A DNA stretch of 64,000 bases from a virus (Duplodnaviria; Heunggongvirae; Uroviricota; Caudoviricetes). The stretch spans positions 96,001 through 160,000 of the IMG/VR virus record IMGVR_UViG_3300015615_000629. One strand, given 5' to 3'. Of this stretch, positions 17,916 through 26,700 are shown piece after piece; position 1 is the first letter of the stretch; every line of letters starts with the position of its first letter. Position numbers and translations under genes: made by a program. Under the pieces are notes generated by a model that saw nothing but the letters and a program-made list of their open reading frames with translations, was not told the origin of the DNA and did no database searches.

Positions 17916-18287
17916 TTAATGAAATTCCACATTTTCGTTTTTGCTGTATGCGTCTCTTAAACCATTAATAAACTTTACCGCACTATCATAAACCCAACCA
18001 TGCGGGTGCCAGTAATCCCCTTCCTCTGTCTTTAATTCTTCAAGAATAGATTCTAAATCTTCAGCAATTTCAATTCCATCTTCGGGCGATATCTCTCCAT
18101 CACAGTCAGAGTGATGTAAGAGTTTGTTCAAGCCTCTACTTGGAACTTCATCCCAAGGAATCCCGTTTTCACAATATCCTTCCATTGCCTTTAAATTGAT
18201 ACCTATTTTCTCGGCAATAGTTTTACGCCAAGTCATGAAACTAGAATATGAGCCGTGCCAACAATCATGTGTTGTGTCTAAGCCCAC
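17916..18287 (-). CDS. Hypothetical phage protein
   Basis: MGLD...GSYSSF..WR...LLHHSDCDGEI. Confidence 0.65.
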   Translation of the reverse strand: MGLDTTHDCWHGSYSSFMTWRKTIAEKIGINLKAMEGYCENGIPWDEVPSRGLNKLLHHSDCDGEISPEDGIEIAEDLESILEELKTEEGDYWHPHGWVYDSAVKFINGLRDAYSKNENVEFH

Positions 18288-18771
18288 GGGTTATCCTTTA
18301 ATTCTGATATTGTATTTTAGCAAGTTCTCTTCTTAAGCCAACAAATATCTCACATCTCATATCAATCAGAACAATAAAAAGTTCGTCTGAACTATTATCG
18401 GCGGCATACATGGCCGCTCGGCAAAATTTGCCTCTGTTGAGCAAATTGTAAAAATGATCAAGGCGTTTCTTGGTGTCGTCTAAACCCACGGGTAGTACCA
18501 ATTTAATCGAGATTTAGCGATGTTGTAAGCGGCTTGAGCAACCGTTGCTTTTCCTCTGCGACGTTTAATTTTCAGAAATTCTCGAAATAGAATTCCCTGT
18601 TTTCGCCTTCTTTCGGCCATTCGCTTGTTCATGCCGATGCCTGTCCAGTCACACGAAGGTATTCAACTATCTCGTCAAATTCTTCGGCAGTAAATGCCTC
18701 TTTTTCAAGTTTTGCCCATTCCTCGTCTTCGCTTTCCATTATAGTCTAAAACTCCGAATATTTCAAGCAAG

Positions 18772-18842
18772 TGGACTCACTGGGAATTGAACCCAGATTT
18801 TTAGACTGCCAGCCTAATGTCTTCCCGTTTGACGATGAGCCC
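18772..18842 (-). tRNA. tRNA-Ala(GGC)
   Basis: G3:U70; TTAGG-CT-GGC-AG-TCTAA. Confidence 0.88.
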
Positions 18843-18856
18843 ATAAAACTTTAAAA

Positions 18857-18927
18857 TCAAGGTAGAAGAAATCGAATCTTCGCTTTCGGCTCCCCGAACC
18901 GACGGACTACCATTATCCCATACCCTG
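18857..18927 (-). tRNA. tRNA-Pro(GGG), C at position 33
   Basis: C1:G72, A73; TCGGT-TC-GGG-GA-GCCGA. Confidence 0.8.
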
Positions 18928-18931
18928 GAAG

Positions 18932-19003
18932 TAGACAGTACAGGGTTTGAACCTGTGACCTTTTCCGTGTCGAGGAAACGCTCTACCACTGAGCTAACTG
19001 TCT
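18932..19003 (-). tRNA. tRNA-Val(GAC), C at position 33
   Basis: TTTCC-TC-GAC-AC-GGAAA; canonical D and T arms. Confidence 0.9.
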
Positions 19004-19020
19004 ATAATCTATTTTTAAAG

Positions 19021-19094
19021 TGCGGCTGCGGAGAATTGAACTCCGTCTTCGAACTTGGCAGAATCGCGTGCGAAAACCACTACACTACAGCCGC
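19021..19094 (-). tRNA. tRNA-Gly(GCC)
   Basis: GCGGCTG/CAGCCGC-A; CGATT-CT-GCC-AA-GTTCG. Confidence 0.85.
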
Positions 19095-19098
19095 AAAA

Positions 19099-19170
19099 TG
19101 ACCCGTGAGGGAGTCGAACCCTCCTCTGCTGCTTGAAAAACAGCCATCCTGACCGCTAAACGAACGGGCC
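19099..19170 (-). tRNA. tRNA-Glu(TTC)
   Basis: GCTGT-TT-TTC-AA-GCAGC; GGTTCGACTCC. Confidence 0.9.
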
Positions 19171-19812
19171 TTGTGTTAATTTCTGAATTTCTTCAATTTT
19201 ATCTCGTGGCGTTAATGCTCTTGTGCAATAAATCCATTCTCCGTCTACTAATTTTAAATGTCTAATTATGTGACAGGATGCACAAACTATTTCCAAATTC
19301 TCTTCACAATTATTCAAATTATTGCCATCAATATGATGAATAAAAAGAAGAAATTTAGCTGTTTCGCCACAACCAACGCATCCTTTTGTTTCTTCGTCCG
19401 ATAATCTTTCTTTTTTTATTCTTTTTGCCAGTTGAGATTTTTCTGCTGTCCCGTAATGTGGTGGCATTATTTCTTTAATACCACCAATACGTTGAGCCAT
19501 ATCCTTGCATTTTCTAGAACAGAATCTAAATCCGGATTTTGAATTTTTAAATTTACAATCGAGCTTTTCGAATTCATCTTTACAATAATCGCAAACTAAT
19601 ATTGTTCTACGTTGTCTTCCTTTATCTGCACATTGCTTACTACAAAATCTTCTTTTACCAGTTAGAATATCTTTTGCTCTAGCCGAAAATAATGTGCCGC
19701 AACCTTCGCACTTTTTTTCCAAACCTTTACGTCTTCTGCCGCCTTCTTCGATAATCCAAATTTCCATTTTATCCTCCACATTACAAGAGTGTGGAGGATA
19801 AAATATTTGCAA
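19156..19812 (-). CDS. HNH homing endonuclease with Zn fingers, inside the tRNA array
   Basis: CEGCG..FCSKQC, CDYC..FCSRKC, C.GCG...IHHIDGN..NN.EENL..VC.SCH..RH. Confidence 0.85.
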   Translation of the reverse strand: MQIFYPPHSCNVEDKMEIWIIEEGGRRRKGLEKKCEGCGTLFSARAKDILTGKRRFCSKQCADKGRQRRTILVCDYCKDEFEKLDCKFKNSKSGFRFCSRKCKDMAQRIGGIKEIMPPHYGTAEKSQLAKRIKKERLSDEETKGCVGCGETAKFLLFIHHIDGNNLNNCEENLEIVCASCHIIRHLKLVDGEWIYCTRALTPRDKIEEIQKLTQGPFV

Positions 19813-19840
19813 TGCAAATTAATATTTTCCCAAATTTAAG

Positions 19841-19911
19841 TCCTCCCTGAAGGAGTCGAGCCTTCTACGCTTGCTTGTAATGCAAGAATGATTCCGTTTC
19901 ACCAAGGGAGG
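19841..19911 (-). tRNA. tRNA-Val(TAC)
   Basis: CTTGC-AT-TAC-AA-GCAAG; T loop CTCGACT. Confidence 0.8.
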
Positions 19912-19914
19912 AAG

Positions 19915-19985
19915 TGGACCCAGAGAGAATCAAACTCTCGCTTTCGGATTGCAAAACCGACGTACTCTCATTATACTATGAGCCC
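19915..19985 (-). tRNA. tRNA-Ala(TGC)
   Basis: G3:U70; TCGGT-TT-TGC-AA-TCCGA. Confidence 0.82.
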
Positions 19986-20017
19986 AAATTTAACTTCAAA
20001 ATTTTCAAAGAACAAAG

Positions 20018-20088
20018 TAGCCCGTAGGAGAATCGAACTCCTGTTGAAGCGATGAAAGCGCCTTCGCCTACCACTAGCGGAACGGGCC
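20018..20088 (-). tRNA. tRNA-Glu(TTC), second divergent copy
   Basis: AGGCG-CT-TTC-AT-CGCTT; AGGAG-TTCGATT-CTCCT. Confidence 0.8.
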
Positions 20089-20092
20089 AAAA

Positions 20093-20163
20093 TAGCGACA
20101 AGTGGAATTGAACCACTATAGGGAGCGTATGAAACTCCTGCACTACCGTTGTGCTATGTCGCC
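20093..20163 (-). tRNA. tRNA-Met(CAT) (elongator Met or Ile2)
   Basis: GGAGT-TT-CAT-AC-GCTCC. Confidence 0.85.
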
Positions 20164-20171
20164 ATCAAAAA

Positions 20172-20330
20172 CTATTCAACTAAATCGTTGCTATTCATCC
20201 TCTCTGTAAGAGTTTCTAACAGTTTTGGATTTCCAATTAACTTTTTCAACATTTGAACATCCGCATTGCAATCTGCTAAACGGCTTTCAAGTTGTTCAAG
20301 CAGTCGCAACACAAAATCGTTAGCGTCCAT
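20172..20330 (-). CDS. Small 52-aa ORF inside the tRNA array (not in the ORF track)
   Basis: AAGGA RBS; MDANDFVLRLLEQLESRLADCNADVQMLKKLIG... Confidence 0.5.
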   Translation of the reverse strand: MDANDFVLRLLEQLESRLADCNADVQMLKKLIGNPKLLETLTERMNSNDLVE

Positions 20331-20424
20331 TTTCGTATCCTTCTAGAGAAGTGAAACCCACTACCCTATAGGGACACAAAACAGGCTGCTAGCCGCCACA
20401 ATTCCGTGAATTTTCTCCAAAAAG

Positions 20425-20498
20425 TCGGAATGGACGAATTCGAATCGTCGGCCTCTCGCTCCCGAAGCGAGCGCTCTTCCAAACTGAGCTACATTCCG
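20425..20498 (-). tRNA. tRNA-Pro(CGG)
   Basis: CTCGC-TT-CGG-GA-GCGAG. Confidence 0.92.
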
Positions 20499-20506
20499 AT
20501 AACTAA

Positions 20507-20577
20507 TCAAGGTAGTTGGAATCGAACCAACGCCCCGAGCTTCCAAAACTCGTAGACTACCACTATCCCATACCCTG
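20507..20577 (-). tRNA. tRNA-Pro(TGG)
   Basis: CGAGT-TT-TGG-AA-GCTCG. Confidence 0.9.
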
Positions 20578-20585
20578 TAAAAACG

Positions 20586-20620
20586 AAAAAACCCGCATCA
20601 GGTTTTATCCTGAGCGGGTT
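20586..20620 (-). terminator. Attenuator terminator hairpin directly upstream of the first tRNA
   Basis: AACCCGC-TCAGG-ATAAAA-CCTGA-T-GCGGGTT followed by a U tract. Confidence 0.85.
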
Positions 20621-20689
20621 CCAGTATTAACTTTGAACCAAACTCAGGATTACTTTCCTGAGTTGGTGATTACCAGCAGGAAAGCGCGG

Positions 20690-20761
20690 TTAGGCTGCGG
20701 GGGCTGGACGTTCGCCAGCCGGCATACCTTCGACCATCGCTTCCACTACTGCTAATTTCAT
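20690..20761 (-). CDS. Leader peptide MKLAVVEAMVEGMPAGERPAPAA of a putative tRNA-operon attenuator
   Basis: AAGGA RBS; 23 codons, 20 of them Ala/Val/Glu/Met/Gly/Pro, the isotypes of the downstream array. Confidence 0.8.
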   Translation of the reverse strand: MKLAVVEAMVEGMPAGERPAPAA

Positions 20762-20864
20762 TGTATTGTTCCTTCTTCTCTTATCTATGCACGTTGCACG
20801 GATTTTTCACTACTACGTAATTGTGCCTCAACCTACGTGTTCTACGCAGGTCGTCACTTCCACC

Positions 20865-20892
20865 AGTTTAGCACGATTTTTTCGATTGTCAA
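20865..20892 (-). promoter_or_regulatory. Sigma70-type promoter of the leader/tRNA operon
   Basis: TTGACA-16 nt (ending CGTGC)-TAAACT; a TAGATA box also lies at 20782-20787. Confidence 0.7.
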
Positions 20893-20897
20893 GCGAC

Positions 20898-21419
20898 TCA
20901 AGAAAAATTTTCTTCGCACCACTCTTTGAATCCAGCCTTCTTACCATAACGTGTCCGAATGTATTTCTTATAAGCCTCTGGACTCATTTTACCTCTAGGA
21001 CGAGCCTCGGGCCTTCTATAAGGCGAATCCCCAGAACCCATATTTATTGTATCTGGATGTAATACGGTTACGGGATCAACATCCTGCGATGCAGCATAAG
21101 CAACATTTCTTCTGGTTCCAAATCCTTGTTCTTTCTGAAACTGTTGTCTTACAAAGTCTGAGACAATCGTGCCACGCCTAGAAAACGGCATATTCTGGAA
21201 TGAGGGAACTTTTCTTTGAACATAATCATTAACCATCTGAATAAGTTTGTCCCTATTGTCCATAAAATATTGGTAATTATTATGCATCCAATTTGGCTTT
21301 CCTTTACCGTTAAGTGGATTAGATGCATATCTTAGTGCGGAGTCAACAAATTTAGGGACATCCGGTAACATGTCTCTGTCGGCTCGCATAACCATTTCTA
21401 CATATTCTTTGAACAACAT
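20898..21419 (-). CDS. Putative late/virion-internal protein
   Basis: TAAATA 5 nt before the ATG; N-terminus MLFKEYVE. Confidence 0.6.
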   Translation of the reverse strand: MLFKEYVEMVMRADRDMLPDVPKFVDSALRYASNPLNGKGKPNWMHNNYQYFMDNRDKLIQMVNDYVQRKVPSFQNMPFSRRGTIVSDFVRQQFQKEQGFGTRRNVAYAASQDVDPVTVLHPDTINMGSGDSPYRRPEARPRGKMSPEAYKKYIRTRYGKKAGFKEWCEENFS

Positions 21420-21448
21420 GCAAGTATTTAGGAATTACTTGTCATTAT

Positions 21449-21889
21449 TTAGTATGCGTGCGGGCCAAGCAAATCGAAACTACGTATTTGTCCCTTCTTT
21501 AAACAAGTCTCAAATACATCGATATAACGATTTCGATATCGAACATCAACCATGTAAAAGTGACTTGTAAAAGAAGTTGTCCAAAAACGATCTAAAACTT
21601 TATCGAAAAGAATCTTTTCTTTATTGTCGCCTTCTGATACGGATTCGTCGTAGACGAAATTTCTAAGACAAACTTTTCCGAATTGTTCGATATTTGGCAA
21701 CAGGGGCACACGTTCACTACTTGGCAGCCTAACCCTTAAATCACGGAAGGAGAGAATGGCAGTCTCTCCATTTTCAAAAAACCCGCTATAACCCAATTCA
21801 AATACTAAATCAGGAAAAGCCACAAAATATGGCTTTTCCTGATAAAGAATGGTTCGGTTTCTGCCTTTAACTAAGCGAAGTGTTAACAT
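21449..21889 (-). CDS. E2-like paralogue 4
   Basis: RTILY..KPYFVAFPDLVF...LLPNIEQFGKVCL...DRFWTTSFTSH. Confidence 0.65.
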   Translation of the reverse strand: MLTLRLVKGRNRTILYQEKPYFVAFPDLVFELGYSGFFENGETAILSFRDLRVRLPSSERVPLLPNIEQFGKVCLRNFVYDESVSEGDNKEKILFDKVLDRFWTTSFTSHFYMVDVRYRNRYIDVFETCLKKGQIRSFDLLGPHAY

Positions 21890-21898
21890 TATGGAAAA

Positions 21899-22336
21899 TC
21901 ATTCTTTAGAAATGTTTCCAACGACTTCGAAAACTACAGGAACGCCATTTACTTCTGTTGGCCACATGCCAACAGGTTTGGATTCGAGATTAATTTTCAG
22001 TCCATATCCTTCGCCAATACTAGTAATCCCTATTCCACGGACTAAGGCATCAGGGCAAAGCCCCTTAAACGCATCCATAGCGGTTTCTTTGACGGCTCTA
22101 ACTTCATCTAGTGTGAAATTATAGCGTCGGGCTTTTAGTTCATCGGGCTCATATTGATGGTCTAATTGGACACGAACGCCCATATCTTGGAGTTTTGGAA
22201 TAAGATTTGGATCGATATTTTCAACAGCAAGGAGGAATCGATCATCGTTTCTAAGGGCGATATCTATGCCTTCTAGGGCAAGGAGGACTGCGTTGTAGGA
22301 TTCTTGATTTGGGGCGACGATTTTATGTCGGGTCAT
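21899..22336 (-). CDS. Hypothetical protein
   Basis: 145-aa ORF between two E2-like genes. Confidence 0.55.
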   Translation of the reverse strand: MTRHKIVAPNQESYNAVLLALEGIDIALRNDDRFLLAVENIDPNLIPKLQDMGVRVQLDHQYEPDELKARRYNFTLDEVRAVKETAMDAFKGLCPDALVRGIGITSIGEGYGLKINLESKPVGMWPTEVNGVPVVFEVVGNISKE

Positions 22337-22345
22337 TTTTTACCT

Positions 22346-22813
22346 TTATCGAGAGTAATCAACATAAAAGTGACAATTCCTGGGAATTGAGCGTACTTTG
22401 TTTTGTTTAAGGTTATGTTCGAACAAGTCGATGTAAACATCTCTGTATTGTGGTTGAACTATAAAAAAGTGATTTGTAAACTCATTTAACCAAAATTTGT
22501 GTAATACAACGTCAAATAGGATGTCAAGAGTCCCGCCAAAAAGTGGATTTATGGCTCCCAAGCAAACTCGTCCGTCAAATTCGATATTTGGCAATAGTGG
22601 AAATCTGGTGAAATCGTCGGCTAGACAAACATTTAATCCGAAATACTCGTATGGAATATAATCATCAGAGTATTTGAGGATAAATCTTAGAGCGGGCAAA
22701 TTCACAAAATACGGTTTTCCGAGGTAGAAAATGGTTCTACCGTGGGCTTTTATGACACGTTCGACAGATTTGCTCATCCAAGACATTCTAGGCAAATAGG
22801 GCTCAAACGTCAA
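22346..22813 (-). CDS. E2-like paralogue 5
   Basis: RTIFY.GKPYFVNLPALRF...LLPNIEFDGRVCLG...KFWLNEFTNH. Confidence 0.7.
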   Translation of the reverse strand: MTFEPYLPRMSWMSKSVERVIKAHGRTIFYLGKPYFVNLPALRFILKYSDDYIPYEYFGLNVCLADDFTRFPLLPNIEFDGRVCLGAINPLFGGTLDILFDVVLHKFWLNEFTNHFFIVQPQYRDVYIDLFEHNLKQNKVRSIPRNCHFYVDYSR

Positions 22814-22880
22814 TCAAAAAAGGCAAGATGGTCATATAAAGAGTTCTGGGTGGCCTAAATACACGAGACTAGGAGGCATT

Positions 22881-23665
22881 GTGGAAAAGCATTTTATAAG
22901 CAAAGAATTTCCAAAATTTACAGTTTACAGTCCAACTATTGATATTTTCATAAATAGAATTAAAAATAAGAGGTACTTCAATTTTGTTAAAAACAATCAC
23001 TTAATGTGGGATATAATTTGGCGTAACGGCACCTCCCACCTCCCACCTCCCACCTCCCTTCTTGGCTCAAAAAATTAACAAGATCGATTGCTTCTAGCAA
23101 AGACGCTATCTATTGGGGTATGACATACGATTTGTTATTTGAAACGTTATCGTGTTGGTTGCACCCAAGACAAAATTATTTATATGGATATGGAATTAGG
23201 GAAAAAATGTGGCATGTAGAGCATACCACTGTTGAATTTTTTGCCAAAAACAGGGTGCCATTATTTGGTTATATATGGCACGAATATGCGAAGGACAGCT
23301 TCGAAAAATTCTTCTCTGAATTGATTGATTATAATTTTGTATATGTCGGCCCGAAAGAATGGGGGGAGATGGCATTAAAACACCTGCCGAACAATAAAAT
23401 AAAAACAATTTATATTCATCCCAGATTAGCTTCAAAAAATATAGAAGAAACAGCTTCATATATTAATTCTTGCTATGAACCAAATGTTGTATATTTATGC
23501 TCCGCAGGCTGGCTATCTCCATGCTTGTTCCAATCTATTAGACACAAAGATGTATTTGCATTAGACATTGGGACTGGATTTATGCATTGGTTTGAAAAAA
23601 TATACAACAAAAAATGCGACCAAACTGATTTTTGGCATTGGGAACAACTAGAAGGATTTAAATAA
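22881..23665 (+). pseudogene. GT-D-fold-like/glycosyltransferase-related gene, frameshifted at a heptamer repeat
   Basis: ORFs 22881-23078 and 23120-23665 join if the repeat has 2 or 5 units; C-terminal VYVGP...YLCSAG...ALDIG. Confidence 0.55.
23030..23057 (+). repeat. (CACCTCC)4 simple sequence repeat
   Basis: Four perfect 7-bp units within a coding region. Confidence 0.95.
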
Positions 23666-23764
23666 TCTAAGTTCTCGGGCAAAACACAGTTTTGTCCGGC
23701 AATATTCTAGCCCAAAAAGGGCAGATGGTCAAGTAAAAAAGGCATTGAACGTCTAAATAGACTT

Positions 23765-26700
23765 ATGGCAACCCTTACAGTCAAAGATATTACGTTTGAG
23801 CAAGCCTTGTATAGCCTTACGACGACAGAAACTATTCAATTATTGCTTGATAACGACTTCATCGATACCTCTAAAACCGGTACTTCTACAGCTGCTGGTG
23901 TAAAAACCGTTATTCAGAACGAAATAACCAATAAAAGGTTTAAGCATTGGGATATTGAAGACTTAACCATTGACGGAATTATGCAGGTTTTATATACGAT
24001 GGTATCCACTTCTGACTCGGATACGGCGGCTGTAATATCATTTTTAACAGCACATCCGACCACCATTAAAGCGACTATAGGAACTAATTTTGCTTTAGAT
24101 AAAAGCACAATTGTTACAGATACAGTTTTAGACAGAATAAACAACGACGATTTTGGAAGCGTAACATCAAACAGGAAAAGGTTTTACGCTTACACATGGA
24201 GAAATAATCTTCAAGCAACGATTGATGATCCTGATGTAGATAATTTGATATCTAAACAAGATTCGTTGGCGAGCGGGGTTGGACGAATAATTCAATATAA
24301 AACCCCATCTTTAAGTTTTACTCAGCCAGTGGATACATTAACCTCTCCTGCGGCTATATGGGATAAAATTAAGACTGAACCTCTTGGGCATCGTGTTGTA
24401 TATCCATTATTCAGTGCGACGATGATGCAGCGTCCGTGTCAGCAACTATTATTTTCAGCTATTCCATCTTCGGGAACTTATACATTAACTTACAATGGAA
24501 ACACAACCGCCACTATTAACTGGAATGATAGCAGAACTACGGTTATAAGCAAGGTTCAGTCAATGGTATCGGTTAGTGAACCAACCACCATTGTGGATGT
24601 GGTTCCTTTTACGGCATCGTCTGCCAACACGTATTTTGTAACGGATTATGCTGGAAATTACCAGCATTGGGGGTTCAGGATATATTTTTACCCAACGAAT
24701 CCTGCTCCTTATGCAGAAGCCGGTCTTAAGACTTTAATGACAGTAACTAACAGTTTAAATGTTAGTGCAACAATGAGTGCTACGTTTACAACTCATCCTT
24801 TTGATGCTTTGGACGAATCCGGTGCCTTGTTTAAGACGCCTACAACTTCTGTTCCTTTTGATGGGCCGTACAGGACAAAATATAAAACTCATATGGCGGC
24901 TCTTTATACGGCGTGGTTTGAGGCGTTTGCAGCATTGCCGGTTGATCCGGTGTATGGGCCGCCTACAATTGATTACGTCATGATTGATCAAGAAAGTGAA
25001 AGTTTGTATCCGTTCTATACATTTAAATTAGACTTCACTAGAACAGGAGATACAAGTTATCAGGATGAATCTTGGAAAGCAATTGGGGCTGATCCTAGAT
25101 TCGCCACAGACCTTGCTCCAAGATTGGGGAATTTTGTAGCAAAAGACGTAACCAATATTGGTTCTTACGCCAGCAACAGTCCTAGATTTTGGGATGGCGA
25201 CGTAAGTGGTGCCTATTACAACGGTTACGACATGGAAAAGATCAAAAAGCACTATGTATGGGATTCTGTAGACATCGACCGATTAGCAGAACACTTGCAT
25301 GAATGCGTTTATTTGCCGTGTAAAGCGGTTTATCCAAATGTAATGGGAAGTAATTATGCTTCTTATCCCAATTCCATTTCTTATCGTTTTAGTAATCTAG
25401 AAGACAGAAATAAGTTCTGGTCGATGGGTGGATTTACAGGCACCAGTGCATCCTCTTACTTTTATGGCGAAGAACTGTCTACCAACTTAACAATTGACGA
25501 ACTTCCTTCTCAGACTCAGGAGCCTGATTCCAATCCTCGTTCTACTACCGATCCTTTGAGTAGGATTAAGATCAAACACATGGTTCGTTCGAATGGCGTT
25601 GTCACACTATCGATTTTTAATTCAAACGACATTGATGATGGCACGGCAGCTAGAAAACGTGGCAACAAGCAATTTTTAACGAATCTTCAAGTTGGGGATC
25701 AATTTACTATAAACGGTGTTATTAATGGACAAAATAATACAAATTCAACGCTTGTAGGTGCCATTGACGCTCGGTTTGCTCCAGCAACCGCTTTCAATTT
25801 TATTGGGTATTTGAAAATGGTAGATTTATTTACCATTACATCTATTACCAACGATCCAGTAACCGACGAGCCAACTATTTTAACTTATAACGATGATAGA
25901 GCCGATCAAACTTACGCCCCATCGGGAAGCGTATCTACAACAAGTTTAAGTTCTTCGCCGACAGCAAATCAGGTTCAAATCAACACATCTACGAATTTAG
26001 TATCAACATATGGTTGGGTTTCTGGTACTACTGTTATTACAGTAGAAGTCAAAGATGTGGTCGGGTGTCCGGAAGCGAATGGCTTATTTTTAGGCTACAT
26101 AAATGGAAACAATTCATTTAGATTAGTTAATTTTAGTTTGCAAGCAGTTACATCTTCCACGACAGGAACAGGTGGCACTTGGGCAGTGGTTACTGATGGT
26201 TTGGGTGGTGGTTTACCACCGCACATATCTACTTATGATTCTTGGAGAAACTTTAATGTTGCCATTCGCAAACTTCGTTCTATATTTGTACCAGCACACA
26301 TTCCTTTGAACATGTGGATTACGACCAAGTTTTATCATGGCTATCCAGAATATAAAGAATCAGACTTATATCAAGAACAATTATATCACATATTATTACA
26401 TTCTAGAGATTTTAGACTTTTGTATTACCAGGAAAATGAAACATTTAGAACTTACACTTATGACAAACTAGTAAGCAATATACTCAAGGAAGCCGATGAG
26501 TTGTTTGGCTATGATGACATCAAACCGCTTCCTGTTAATTACAAAAACATAACTCTAAGAGAAAGTTATATTCTTTCTGGAGTGCAGTGTCACGGCAAGA
26601 AAATTTATAGATTTACGCCTCAATTTGGCTCGGAAGCTCGTCAAGTTGAAGATCCTATTGATGTAACAATGGATAATGTTGTGATAAGTGCAGCTAATCC

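Noticed and set aside
20341-20420. Additional tRNA or structured RNA between tRNA-Pro(CGG) and the 52-aa ORF
   Set aside because: Only weak end-pairing and no T-loop or cloverleaf; it cannot be supported without folding or covariation data.
18801-20755. ORF-track calls 18801-18989, 20361-20546 and 20516-20755
   Set aside because: They overlap tRNA genes or the attenuator and are shadow ORFs.
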